64,000 nucleotides of DNA from Candidatus Latescibacterota bacterium (GCA_963662665.2 CAXXJS010000061.1:32001-96000), one strand, 5' to 3'. Positions 9,873 through 19,541 are shown, counted from the first letter of the stretch. Notes: generated by a model from the letters alone, not told the origin. Numbers and translations are program-made.

Positions 9873-10640
9873 TTGAGCGAAGACGTCAGACGATTTTACG
9901 ATGCCCTGGCAGCCGATTACCATCACGTTTACGCAGACTGGGAATCGGCAATCAAACGGCAGTCGTGTGTACTGGATCGGTTGATTCAATGTGAATCGTC
10001 AGTAGATGCATCGCTTGTCCTGGACTGTACATGTGGAATAGGCACCCAGGCAATTGGCCTGGCGCGGCGAGGATACGAAGTCTTCGCGTCCGATCTTAGC
10101 CCGAAGGCGATTGCCAGGGCGAAATCAGAAGCAGATAACCGGGGACTGAAGATTGATTTCGCCGTTGCCGATGTTCGTGAGGTGGAATGTGCCTTCTCCC
10201 ACACATTTGACGTCGCGATCAGTTGTGATAACTCTCTACCGCATCTTTTGACTGACGAAGACTTGACTCTCGCTCTCCGAAGCATTCGGCGCACACTTGC
10301 CGGTAATGGACTGTTTATTGCCAGTATTCGCGATTACGATCGGCTGCTTGCGGAAAGACCGTCGTTTATGGGTGGGAACGTCCAGGGTGTACCGGAGCGC
10401 GAGGTCATAACGTTTCAGATCTGGGACTGGTCGAAGGAATCAGATACCTATTTGATTCGGCTCTTCATAATGAACCAGAAACCGGGTGGATGGCAAGTAC
10501 GGGAGGTCAGGACTCGCTACCGGGCAATTCGGCGCAAAGAGCTCACTCTGGCTCTGGAGTCAGCCGGGTTTGCGAAAATTGCCTGGCATACACCTGAGCA
10601 GTTGGGTTATTTTCAACCCGTTGTGACGGCGCGTGCTTAA
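9873..10640 (+). CDS. class I SAM-dependent methyltransferase (glycine/sarcosine N-methyltransferase-like), gene cassette
   Basis: VLDCTCGIGTQA; DNSLPHL; TTG start with GAGGGAG RBS. Confidence 0.9.
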   Translation: MSEDVRRFYDALAADYHHVYADWESAIKRQSCVLDRLIQCESSVDASLVLDCTCGIGTQAIGLARRGYEVFASDLSPKAIARAKSEADNRGLKIDFAVADVREVECAFSHTFDVAISCDNSLPHLLTDEDLTLALRSIRRTLAGNGLFIASIRDYDRLLAERPSFMGGNVQGVPEREVITFQIWDWSKESDTYLIRLFIMNQKPGGWQVREVRTRYRAIRRKELTLALESAGFAKIAWHTPEQLGYFQPVVTARA

Positions 10641-10831
10641 CCTTGATTGGTTGTTTTTCCGGGACGTAAAATCGAATTTAGGCAAGTGGATAAAGGCGAT
10701 TTGACTTCTGGTTACCGGGATACACCAGGTTACTGGACGTGAACTGAAAACACGTCCTTTTTGACGACCGTTACGCCGCGTTTCATGGGTTTTCGTCGCG
10801 TCGCCGCGTTGCTGTTTTTTTCGGACTGGGG
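10641..10831 (+). mobile_element. MITE copy 2 (191 bp)
   Basis: CCTTGATT...GACTGGGG, flanks TTAA/TTTA; sits between a stop codon and an attC. Confidence 0.88.
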
Positions 10832-10848
10832 TTTATTGAGTCTGCTTC

Positions 10849-10939
10849 CGATAACAGCACGTTTTGCGCTGCGGCGCTGATCGCGCCCTGGCCTACGGCA
10901 ACCGCTTCGCAGTTCGCGCACGGCGGCAAGACGTTAGAT
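10849..10939 (+). other. attC site (family B)
   Basis: CGATAAC...GTTAGAT, TTTTGCGCTGCGGCG...GCAACCGCTTCGCAGTTCGCGCA. Confidence 0.85.
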
Positions 10940-11043
10940 GAAATGGGAAACGTAAAATCAGACTATTGCAGAATAACTCCAGATAGCGGGAGATGTTCTG
11001 CATATTTATCGCTCAGTCACTGGTTGGCCGCAGAGAATACCGG

Positions 11044-11508
11044 ATGACCAGGAAGATTCCCGAATGTGAATTCCACGATCCAGGACACCTGGTCGACGGA
11101 GATCTTGAGCTTGTCCTCACCGAGGCGCTTCCGTCCGATTCTGAGAAGGGACGGGTGCCCGAGTACCGTTTCGAGATGCGGCTCATTGTCAGCAAAGCGA
11201 CGATCGGCAGCATCCGCCTCAGGACCCGGTTGACGGAAAGGCTCGAACAGTATGGAGGAAATCTGAGCTACGATGTTCAGGAGGAATACCGTGGGAACAG
11301 ATATGCTGCCCGCAGTTGCCGCCTCCTGTTCCCCCTTGCTCGCAGCCATGGATTGGACTCGCTGTTGATCACTTGCCGTTCCGATAACGACGCATCCAGG
11401 AGGACCTGTGAGCTGATCGGGGCGACATACGTCGACACCATCGAAACCGAACGGGAGCCAGGAGAATTCGGGCCAACGTGCCGGTACAGACTGGACCTGG
11501 ACACATAA
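11044..11508 (+). CDS. GNAT family N-acetyltransferase
   Basis: GGNLSYDVQEEYRGNRYAA; ITC..DN.ASRRTCE..G. Confidence 0.9.
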   Translation: MTRKIPECEFHDPGHLVDGDLELVLTEALPSDSEKGRVPEYRFEMRLIVSKATIGSIRLRTRLTERLEQYGGNLSYDVQEEYRGNRYAARSCRLLFPLARSHGLDSLLITCRSDNDASRRTCELIGATYVDTIETEREPGEFGPTCRYRLDLDT

Positions 11509-11518
11509 AGGTCGTCTC

Positions 11519-11728
11519 ATGAAGCATATTATCGTAGCCAGAGAAGAAGGCCGATTCCTGGGATGGCCGGCCAACGACGGGGTATGGAGCTGGGCGGACG
11601 AGATCGTCGTTGGCTATACGAACGGCGGCAACGAGTGCCTGTTCTTCCTGTCGGTGCGGGTCCCACAGGTGATGGCGGGGTTCCTGATGGACAGCGTAGA
11701 GGTCGGCTACTATGTGCATATCGGCTGA
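11519..11728 (+). pseudogene. N-terminal fragment of a sialidase-like/BNR protein
   Basis: MKHIIVAREEGRFLGWPANDGVWSW.DEIVVGY resembles the start of a longer family; similarity is lost after about 36 codons. Confidence 0.45.
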
Positions 11729-13157
11729 ATTTAAGCGGGCAGTAGAAGCAGCCGTGAAGGCCATCCACGCCAACGATAGGGCTGGTCTAAACAGCCTCGT
11801 CGCGGAGTACCCCGGTCTGCTCGCGTGGTCCAATCCGGACGACGAGCGTCCCGTTCTGCTCTACGCCACCGTCTCCTATGCCAACTTTCCCGGCACCGGG
11901 GATGAAGACGTCTTCAACCGGCCCGACTGTGCGCGCCTGCTGCTCGATGCTGGCGCGGTAATGCACCCCCGGGTCTACTTGAGGGCGATCGACACCGGCG
12001 CACACGGCATGCTGGCGCTGTTTGACGAATACGGCGTACTGCCGGAAAACCTGCGTACGTTGACCGCGAGGGGCGATCTCGACAGGGTGCGGGGATGTTT
12101 CGACCCTGCCGGCGCCCTGCGCAACGTTGGACGCCCGGACGCGGAACTGCGCATCGGGTACACCGGCGCCGAGGCGGACTGGCCCGATCCCGCGGATGAA
12201 CAGTTGATCATTGCCGACGCGTTTCTGTACGCCTGCCGGCTGGGCCGTCGCGACGTCGCGCATTTTCTGATGGATCGTTGCCTTCAACTGGACGAAGATC
12301 TCCGGACCCGTGTGGACGCGTTGCAGGGAAAAACGGCCTTTACCGAGTACCTGCTGGAGAAGCGGCCGGAGGGGGGAAGACAGGTGCGCTCGTACCGGGA
12401 GGCGGACGACGATCCCGGTCTGATCTGGCGTCGTGCCGTGGAACTGCGCCTGCTCGCCGCCCTGGACGATGGAGACGGGGATTCCATCCGCGATCTGCTC
12501 GCCACCGAAAGCTTTCTTCTTGGACCCCGCTATCTCGAGACCCAGGAAATGTTGCTTGCGGTAGCGGCCTGCTCCAGGGGAAAACTGCCGGTGATCGAAG
12601 CCGTGATCACCGCCGGCGCCGCCATCACCACGGTGGTTGAGCCGCCGGCGTCTGGCGCCGTCCTCTATGCTCTCGAATACGGAAATGCCGACTACGTTCC
12701 GGCCTTGTCGCAAATCTGGCCCGTGCCCGACGATCTGCCCCACGCTGCCGGTCTGGGCGACATGGAAGCAGTCGAAAAGAGGTTCGCGAAGGGGATTCCG
12801 CAATTGGGCGATCCTACCTTGTATGCCTGCGCACCCGGGGAATCGCCATTGGCCAGCGTTCAGGAGATTGTCGACAGGGCTTTGGCCTGGGCGGTGCAGA
12901 ACGGGAACTACCAGATCGCGGACTATCTCCTGGACCACGGAGCCAATATCAACACGAGATGGAGCACTCACGAGCCGGCCAGCATCCTGCACGAATGCGC
13001 CTTCGCCGGCCGCATGGAACAGGTGGTTTATCTCGTTCGCAAAGGGATCGACGTGACTCTCAGGGATCATCGACACGATGCCACCCCGGAAGACTGGGCA
13101 CGGCACGCGGGTCAAAAAGAAGTCGCCGAATATCTTGCGGGATTGAAGGGCAGGTGA
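11712..13157 (+). CDS. ankyrin-repeat protein
   Basis: ALAWAVQNG...DYLLDHGANIN; ILHECAFAG...YLVRKGIDV. Confidence 0.85.
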   Translation: MCISAEFKRAVEAAVKAIHANDRAGLNSLVAEYPGLLAWSNPDDERPVLLYATVSYANFPGTGDEDVFNRPDCARLLLDAGAVMHPRVYLRAIDTGAHGMLALFDEYGVLPENLRTLTARGDLDRVRGCFDPAGALRNVGRPDAELRIGYTGAEADWPDPADEQLIIADAFLYACRLGRRDVAHFLMDRCLQLDEDLRTRVDALQGKTAFTEYLLEKRPEGGRQVRSYREADDDPGLIWRRAVELRLLAALDDGDGDSIRDLLATESFLLGPRYLETQEMLLAVAACSRGKLPVIEAVITAGAAITTVVEPPASGAVLYALEYGNADYVPALSQIWPVPDDLPHAAGLGDMEAVEKRFAKGIPQLGDPTLYACAPGESPLASVQEIVDRALAWAVQNGNYQIADYLLDHGANINTRWSTHEPASILHECAFAGRMEQVVYLVRKGIDVTLRDHRHDATPEDWARHAGQKEVAEYLAGLKGR

Positions 13158-13676
13158 TCCGCGGTTCCGTTTGCGCTATCTGACAAGCTCATCCGGCGGA
13201 TCGTAGAGAATCCCGGCTGTTTCGACCGGCCGTGACGGAGGTGAAGCTGAGCCTGTGCCGATCACTTGCGCCGGCATGGGGAAATAACCTTCAGGTTGGG
13301 CAATTCTGCATACGGATATCGCAAGAACCCAAAGGCACCTTGATGTAATAATGAATGAGAATGAAGCAGGATTCAACTAAGGACGGTAGCTGATGAATAG
13401 CATGCCTGAACATCTTCGGCTACAAGCTCCATCGTAACACACTCTCGAACGTTCGCAGATCCTCCAACCAGATACGAATTACCGTTACTATTCGGTAATA
13501 CCGCAGTTAGGCGGCATTTCTGGGACTGCAACGGCTGAAGCAGCCCTCGGAGCTGAAACACCTGCAATGAGCTGCCAGGTCAAAACCACACCTGACCCGG
13601 ACACAGTTCCAGGTCCTGCGGCACAAGAGAGAGTCGGTACTCCACCGATGGTGACGGTGCTTTTGTGGAGGTCGGA

Positions 13677-14636
13677 ATGGCCATACGAAGCTTCGACGAG
13701 CTAACTCACCAAGGACGAATCCGTCGGTTACGCAAGGTGGCAGAGGCCGCGCTCCGCGAACTGGGTTTCGGAAAATGCCGTTGTCGCAAGTTGAAGTGGA
13801 CCTGCGATTCAGGCGAGTATCGAGTGCGGATTCACCGTGACAAGAAGGCGCCCCAGATAATTGAATCGGAATTGGATTGGCTGGAGGCTCTATGCCACGA
13901 TACCACACTCTCCGTTCCACAGCCCTATAGATCGCCTGACGGCAAAAGAGTTATCGTGGCAGATGTTCCAGGCGTACCCGGACCATTCCCAGTATCCGTT
14001 ACTTCTTGGCTCAACGGACGAATTCTGGATCAGGACCACCGATCGCCTCGACACTTCGAATTGCTTGGCCGCCTTGCGGGTGAGTTGCACAATCACTCTG
14101 AAGAGTGGTCGCCACCCACGGGTTTTGATCGCCCCACGTATGACGCTGAGGGACTTATTGGTTCCCGTTCGAAGTTTCCTTTAGATGAGATTGGACCGGC
14201 TCCTGTTCGCCGCGACCTGGAAACGGTCTATGGTCGGCTAACAGAAGCGGAACAACATATGGGCGGCGACACAGAGATGTTCGGCCTCATTCACGCAGAC
14301 CTCGGTTTCGGAAATGTCCTCTTTCGACCGGGTCACGCCATCGCGATTGATTTCGGCGACTGCGGATTCGGCTACTACTTGTATGACATCGCTGTTATCC
14401 TGGCCGGCCCCTACGGTCGACCCGGTTACCAAGAGAGGTCTGATGCGTTTTTGAAGGGGTATCGTGAAGTTCGTTCACTCAGCATGGATTTGGAACAGTA
14501 CATACCTACCCTAATGGCCAGTCGAGCAGCTGCGAATATCCTGGAAGCAGCCGCAAAGTCACCAGACCATTCCTTGATTGAGAGCCAATGGAGGTATCGT
14601 GTTCAACCGCTGTTGAGGACTGAGTTTCCGGGGTAG
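13677..14636 (+). CDS. phosphotransferase (APH/type II homoserine kinase-like)
   Basis: GLIHADLGFGNVL and IDFGDCG motifs; GGAGG RBS; attC R'-like GTTAGGC at 13506. Confidence 0.9.
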   Translation: MAIRSFDELTHQGRIRRLRKVAEAALRELGFGKCRCRKLKWTCDSGEYRVRIHRDKKAPQIIESELDWLEALCHDTTLSVPQPYRSPDGKRVIVADVPGVPGPFPVSVTSWLNGRILDQDHRSPRHFELLGRLAGELHNHSEEWSPPTGFDRPTYDAEGLIGSRSKFPLDEIGPAPVRRDLETVYGRLTEAEQHMGGDTEMFGLIHADLGFGNVLFRPGHAIAIDFGDCGFGYYLYDIAVILAGPYGRPGYQERSDAFLKGYREVRSLSMDLEQYIPTLMASRAAANILEAAAKSPDHSLIESQWRYRVQPLLRTEFPG

Positions 14637-14661
14637 ATCAATGTATATCCGGGAGGATATG

Positions 14662-14931
14662 CTATGGCTTATTTCCCGTCACAACCCAGGCCTCTCCATT
14701 GGTCCATTCGACTGATTCAAAGCCCGCGTTGATCAGTAGCGTAGTGATGGTCTGCGTTTGTAATGGCAAGTTTACTTTGAATCGTCCAGCATCCGCTCCT
14801 TCCAGACGTACTGAGCTTCGCTCGAAGTTGCTCAGCTTACTTTCCTCTCCCTCGGGAAAAACGCAGTACGTCCCTTCGACATAGGTACCGCATGGCGGAG
14901 AAGTTCTTGAAGGACAGAGGAATCCCGCCAA
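14662..14931 (-). pseudogene. possible C-terminal methyltransferase-like fragment
   Basis: LLINAGFESVEW...VVTGNKP resembles a methyltransferase C-terminus; no N-terminus. Confidence 0.3.
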
Positions 14932-14955
14932 GGTCGTCGATACGCATCACCCGGG

Positions 14956-15044
14956 CGGCAACTCCAGCTTTCACGACGGACTGTGGCGCGAGGATTTCGC
15001 CACTTCGCCATGTCTGCTGACGCAGGTTCGGGAGGACGTTACAT
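14956..15044 (+). other. attC-like site
   Basis: CGGCAAC...GCAGGTTCGGGAGGAC-GTTACAT just upstream of the next gene. Confidence 0.55.
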
Positions 15045-15085
15045 AAGATAGGAAGAGAGAATCAACATAACGTGAGGAAGTAACG

Positions 15086-15982
15086 ATGAATTACCAGTTC
15101 AGGCTAAACTGCGGGCTCTTACGCTTATTTGACGAGTTTGATTCGGTTCCAGATGAGTTGGCGCCTGGCTTCGAATATGAACTCTCACATCCTGAGCTCG
15201 AACGTCTGCGCGAAGCATACGGATTTGATCAGGTTGCAGGAGGTGGAGACGACTGGTCCAGGGTCCTGAACTTGATGCAGTGGATGTCTGAAGGCGTATG
15301 CCACAGAGGCGACATAACCAAATCGCTGCCCGAAGTCTGCAAATCCCTGCCGATGAACGCTACGGGACTCTTGAGATATTCGTTCGGCAAGGGTGAAGAC
15401 TTCGGTATCAACTGCTACATGCTGTCTATCGTGCTGACGGAGGCCTGCCTGTCTCTGGGATTGCAGAGCAGAATCGTGTCTCTGAATCCCTTGAATCCGT
15501 ACGACTATGACAATCATGTGGTATCGGTGGTTTGGTGTACTTCTCGCTCGAACTGGGTGATGGTTGACCCTTCGTACAATGCGTATGTGTGCGACTCTGA
15601 CGGGATGATCCTGAATCCATGGGAGATCAGGGATCTCCTGTGCCGCCACAAGACGATTTTCTGCAACGACGAGCTGAGTCACAATGGAGCCATGTACAGC
15701 TCGCAAGACTATCTGACGTACCTGGCGAAGAACCTGCTCTACCTGCACTCCCCATGCTTCAACGGCTTCGGAAGCGTTACTTCAGGGAAGACGTGGCTCA
15801 CGCTGGCCCCGAAGCACCTGGACGTTTGCAAGCGTGAGACCTATAACATGAAGTGGCGTGAGGAGGCCGAGAGCGGGAACTGGGAGTACGAAGAACTTCG
15901 TAGCCGTCTCGAGAAGCGAAGGCTGGCGGGAGGCCACGCGTACACGTCATCTGTTGCGTCATTCGCGCAAGCCCCGAACTGA
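15086..15982 (+). CDS. transglutaminase-like domain protein
   Basis: INCY (Cys)...NHVV (His)...WVMVDPSYN (Asp) triad. Confidence 0.85.
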   Translation: MNYQFRLNCGLLRLFDEFDSVPDELAPGFEYELSHPELERLREAYGFDQVAGGGDDWSRVLNLMQWMSEGVCHRGDITKSLPEVCKSLPMNATGLLRYSFGKGEDFGINCYMLSIVLTEACLSLGLQSRIVSLNPLNPYDYDNHVVSVVWCTSRSNWVMVDPSYNAYVCDSDGMILNPWEIRDLLCRHKTIFCNDELSHNGAMYSSQDYLTYLAKNLLYLHSPCFNGFGSVTSGKTWLTLAPKHLDVCKRETYNMKWREEAESGNWEYEELRSRLEKRRLAGGHAYTSSVASFAQAPN

Positions 15983-16035
15983 GCAAAACAGCGGAAGAGA
16001 ATTGACGTACGCGGAAACCACACACAATTCCACGA

Positions 16036-16302
16036 ATGTCAAATTCCGGGGCCTATGGCCGATGGTTCAAGAAACAGCTGGAACCTCACCTGTGGTCGGA
16101 GATCGAGGCGACTTTTGCTCGAGCAGACCTGGAAGAGAACTGGAAGGCTATGTTCAAGACAGCCGAAGTATTCGGGCGAATGGCTACCGAAGTTGGGGCT
16201 CATCTGGGCTTTGCCTATCCTCTTGAGCTTGATCGGAATGTCACCGAGTATCTTTTGGAGATTGCAAAGATAAGTGAGAATCCGGTCCGCGATACCCGCT
16301 GA
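16036..16302 (+). pseudogene. C-terminal fragment of aminoglycoside 6-adenylyltransferase (AadK/AadE-like)
   Basis: GRWFKK.L....W..IEATF....EENWKA.F.....F...A.EV...LGF.YP..LD..V..Y; N-terminal NTase domain missing. Confidence 0.7.
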
Positions 16303-16377
16303 CACGTCCGCGCCCGGCTTAGGACCTAGCCCTTCGTCGAGGCGTTGCGCGGTTCGGGCGCGCCGGGAATGTTAGAG
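16297..16377 (+). other. attC site (family A)
   Basis: CGCTGAC(stop)ACGTCCGCGCCCGG...TTCGGGCGCGCCGGGAAT-GTTAGAG. Confidence 0.75.
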
Positions 16378-16495
16378 GCGATGCAAAGCAGGCCGCTAAA
16401 AAGCCGATCCTATGTGTCGAACCCAGGAATCTGAGTCGTGCACAGCACTTCAGTGGGATGGGTCTGCCCGTCCTGAGCTCTACTGCAAGGTATAG

Positions 16496-16663
16496 ATGAT
16501 TCTGAATCGGTTGGGATACGAAACCGGGCCGGTTGACGGGGAACTGAGCCAGGCCGCACGGGAGGCATTGAGAAAATTCCAGGCGGATGCGGGATCGGAT
16601 CCCATGGGGGAGGTGACGATGCTGACCGCGATCGAATTGCGAAGTCTTTGGGCAGGGGAATAG
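16496..16663 (+). pseudogene. peptidoglycan-binding domain fragment
   Basis: LNRLGYETGPVDGELSQAAREALRKFQADAG..P.G; in-frame TAG immediately upstream. Confidence 0.65.
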
Positions 16664-16853
16664 CGTGGGAAACGCTTGCGCAGTCGGGATGCTGGGGCCG
16701 CTTAAGCGACCTGGACAGCGGCCCACAGAGTCAGTTGACAAGAGATCCGGGATCCTCTGAGTGTTTCCATTGAGGAAAACGGCACGCCCAACCCGGTGCG
16801 ATTCCAACACAGACTAACACACTGATGCGTTAATTGACATCTCCGAAAATCTC

Positions 16854-16882
16854 TTGCAAATGATATCAAAATTTGATATCAT
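16854..16882 (+). promoter_or_regulatory. sigma70 promoter with palindromic operator of hicAB
   Basis: TTGCAA-17bp-TATCAT; ATGATATCAAA-A-TTTGATATCAT inverted repeat (16860-16882) covers the spacer and -10. Confidence 0.8.
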
Positions 16883-16888
16883 TTACTC

Positions 16889-17143
16889 GTAAACAAACGG
16901 CACCGGGATACTCTGGCTGATACTTTCAGGACGCCCGTTTCTACCGGACTGGAATGGAGGCGTATAGAAGCTCTTTTCAAGGCAATTGGAGCTGAATCGA
17001 TTGAAGGCAGAGGTTCACGGGTGCGGTTTGCGCTTAATGGTGTCGTCGCCACCTTTCACCGTCCTCACCCTCACAAAGAGGCAAGAGTCTATCAAGTGCG
17101 TGATGCGAGACATTTCCTACAACGGGCAGGAGTTACCCCATGA
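16889..17143 (+). CDS. hicA: HicA toxin with a non-canonical GTA first codon (possibly inactivated)
   Basis: Manual translation VNKRHRDTL...EWRRIEALFKAIGA...EGRGSRVRF.LNG....FHRPHP.KEA..YQVRDAR.FL; ATGA overlap with hicB; absent from the ORF track. Confidence 0.85.
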   Translation, partial: VNKRHRDTLADTFRTPVSTGLEWRRIEALFKAIGAESIEGRGSRVRFALNGVVATFHRPHPHKEARVYQVRDARHFLQRAGVTP

Positions 17144-17484
17144 ACACAATGACCCATAAAGGATATGCGGCTCGGATTGACTATAGTGATGAAGATGGCT
17201 GCTTCATTGGTCATATTGCAGGGATCAATGATGTGGTAGGCTTTCACGGCGAATCGGTTGAAGAACTGCGTTACGCCTTTGAAGAATCTGTTGACGACTA
17301 TCTTGAAACCTGTGAAAAGCTCAACAGATCCCCTCAAAAGCCGTATTCCGGCAGACTGATGTTGCGCATTCCTCCAGAGGTTCACGCAGCGATCGCGACG
17401 GCGGCTGAAGTAAGTGGAAAGAGTATCAATCAGTGGGCGACAGAAACGCTCGCCGGTGTTTTGGCGCCGGATGCACGACGATGA
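17140..17484 (+). CDS. hicB: HicB antitoxin
   Basis: MNTMTHKGYAARIDYS.ED..F.G...GI.DVV.FHG.SV.EL; KPYSGRLMLRIPPEVH RHH. Confidence 0.93.
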   Translation: MNTMTHKGYAARIDYSDEDGCFIGHIAGINDVVGFHGESVEELRYAFEESVDDYLETCEKLNRSPQKPYSGRLMLRIPPEVHAAIATAAEVSGKSINQWATETLAGVLAPDARR

Positions 17485-17521
17485 GAAAAGCGAAAACATC
17501 TTACATTCGGAAGGGTCATTA

Positions 17522-18580
17522 ATGCCACGTCATGACATTCATTGTCGATTCTTCTCGCAGGAAGACCTCCTGGCCGCAGGATGCCTGGATATCCGGATGG
17601 CGATGGACGCTGCCGAATCGGCTATTCGTGCCTTCGATGAAGGAGACGTTCTGTTTCCTGACAAGATCGTGCAGATCTTCAACGATGAAACCCAGGAGAG
17701 AATCAACTGTCTGCCGGCCACGTTCAAGGGTAAGGGGATATGCGGCATGAAGTGGGTGTCGGTCTTTCCACCGAATCCGGTCAAACATGGTATTCAGAAT
17801 CTCTCGGCAGTGATCATTTTGTCCGAGATTGTTCATGGATTTCCAATTGCGTTCATGGAAGGCACGCTATGTTCCAACGTTCGGGTTGGAAGCATCGGCG
17901 CACTGGCCGCCAGGTATCTGGCGCGTCAGGACTCAACGTCGATCGGATTCATCGGCGCCGGTGAACAGGCAAAGATGCATCTGATCGCGATGAAGGCCGC
18001 CATACCATCCCTGACAACATGCGGTGTTGCCGCGAAACTGGGTGCTGAGGAAGAACAGTTCACGAAGGAAATGTCTGCTATCATTCCGGACATGGATTTT
18101 TCGGTCGCGAATTCAGACCTCGAACGTGCCGTAAACGGAGCGGACATCATTGTCACGGCAACAAGTGCACAGGCGCCGCTTCTTAAGGCGGAATGGATGA
18201 AACCCGGAGCTTTCTACAGTCATATTGGCGGCTGGGAAGATGAATACAACGTAGCGAAACAGTGCGAAAAGATTGTCTGCGATGACTGGGAGACCGTGAA
18301 ACACAGAACACAGACGCTCAGCCGAATGTACAAGGACGGCCTGCTGACGGATAACGACTTGCATGCGAATCTCGTGGAATTGGTGCGTGGTACGAAGCCG
18401 GGAAGGGAAAACGACGACGAAAGAATCTATTTTAATGCGGTGGGTTTGGCCTACGTTGACGTTGGGATCGCCATTGCCATGTATGAGAGAGCCCTCGAAG
18501 CCGGCATGGGACAGGATCTGCAACTGCAGCGTGAGATGATATTTGAGCATGCAGACCTTAAAGATTGGGTGCGACTGTGA
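17522..18580 (+). CDS. ornithine cyclodeaminase/mu-crystallin family protein
   Basis: GMKWVSVFPPN; GFIGAGEQA; ADIIVTAT; FNAVGL..VD. Confidence 0.9.
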   Translation: MPRHDIHCRFFSQEDLLAAGCLDIRMAMDAAESAIRAFDEGDVLFPDKIVQIFNDETQERINCLPATFKGKGICGMKWVSVFPPNPVKHGIQNLSAVIILSEIVHGFPIAFMEGTLCSNVRVGSIGALAARYLARQDSTSIGFIGAGEQAKMHLIAMKAAIPSLTTCGVAAKLGAEEEQFTKEMSAIIPDMDFSVANSDLERAVNGADIIVTATSAQAPLLKAEWMKPGAFYSHIGGWEDEYNVAKQCEKIVCDDWETVKHRTQTLSRMYKDGLLTDNDLHANLVELVRGTKPGRENDDERIYFNAVGLAYVDVGIAIAMYERALEAGMGQDLQLQREMIFEHADLKDWVRL

Positions 18581-18868
18581 CAAACGTGGCCGCGTGCGAG
18601 TGCCGAGAGAGGTCATCGGCCAACCATCGCATGCGCCGGAAGCGCCGATTCTTTAGGTACTGAATGGAAAGCCAACAGGCGGCTCAGTGATCCCGGTCAT
18701 TGGTGTCGACGGATACCGATCAGAATCCCCACCGGACAGGCTGTCTGGTGGGGATTCTGCACGACGTACGCTGCCTTGCGCTTGCGTTCATCCCGCACAC
18801 ATGGGGTCGCAACCCGGCGAAGTCGTTTGAGGCCCCGCGACGTGGGCGGATCAAGAGGGAAGTTTCCG

Positions 18869-19447
18869 ATGAGGATTTCAGTCGTCAGCAGCAGTCTCGA
18901 TGCCGACAGTCGCAGCAGGGTGCTTGCCGCCATGTGTCGGAACGCATTGGAGGACCGGGGGCATTCCGTTGACTTCATCGATCTTCGACAACTCGATCCG
19001 CCGAATTTCGACGATGACGAGATCTATTCATCTGAGGTGTACCAATCGTGCCACAGGATCATTGCGGCATCTGATGCGGTAATATTGGCCAGTCCGGTAT
19101 ATAACTGGGCGTGTTGCGCTGAGCTCAAGAAATTTGTCGAGTATATCGGCTCTACGCCACCCGGTGAATCGCTCAGAGGGGCGTTCTTTGACAAGGTCGT
19201 GATGTTTGTCAATTCGGGCGGCTTGCCGCACAGCTATATGGCGTTTGCGTCGCTGGCAACGTCCCTGATGCTGGACTTCAAGTGCATTGTCAGCCCGTAT
19301 AATGTGTATGCCCACGACGGAAATTGGGGTGAGGGAGGCGGCCCCGACGATGCGACTACGGCCAGGTTAAACAAGTCACGGTCTGTACTGATTGAGCTCG
19401 CGGAGCGACTCCAGAGCCGGTCGTATGTGTCGAACTGGGAAATCTGA
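18869..19447 (+). CDS. NADPH-dependent FMN reductase
   Basis: SSSLDADSRS; ASPVYNW....LK. Confidence 0.9.
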   Translation: MRISVVSSSLDADSRSRVLAAMCRNALEDRGHSVDFIDLRQLDPPNFDDDEIYSSEVYQSCHRIIAASDAVILASPVYNWACCAELKKFVEYIGSTPPGESLRGAFFDKVVMFVNSGGLPHSYMAFASLATSLMLDFKCIVSPYNVYAHDGNWGEGGGPDDATTARLNKSRSVLIELAERLQSRSYVSNWEI

Positions 19448-19459
19448 GGCGTGAACAAC

Positions 19460-19541
19460 CTATAATACCGTGCCCCTGGCTCCGGGCCATACGGCCCTTC
19501 GCCCAACCGCTTTGCGGTTCAGGGGCACGAAGACGTTACAC
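19460..19541 (+). other. attC site (family A-like)
   Basis: CTATAAT-ACCGTGCCCCTG...CAGGGGCACG-AAGAC-GTTACAC with clearly paired L arms. Confidence 0.8.

Noticed and set aside
10634-10837. The 191-bp repeat as an unusually long attC (GCTTAAC...GTTTATT-like ends, stop-codon overlap)
   Set aside because: No internal L-box pairing, longer than known attC sites, two copies have perfect 4-bp duplications (TCAA, CGAA), and a real attC follows at 10849.
11787-13115. Long antisense or alternative-frame ORFs (also 30118-31353, 3644-4627, 36411-37316, 62326-63231)
   Set aside because: Shadow ORFs of high-GC genes; the opposite strand carries recognisable protein families.
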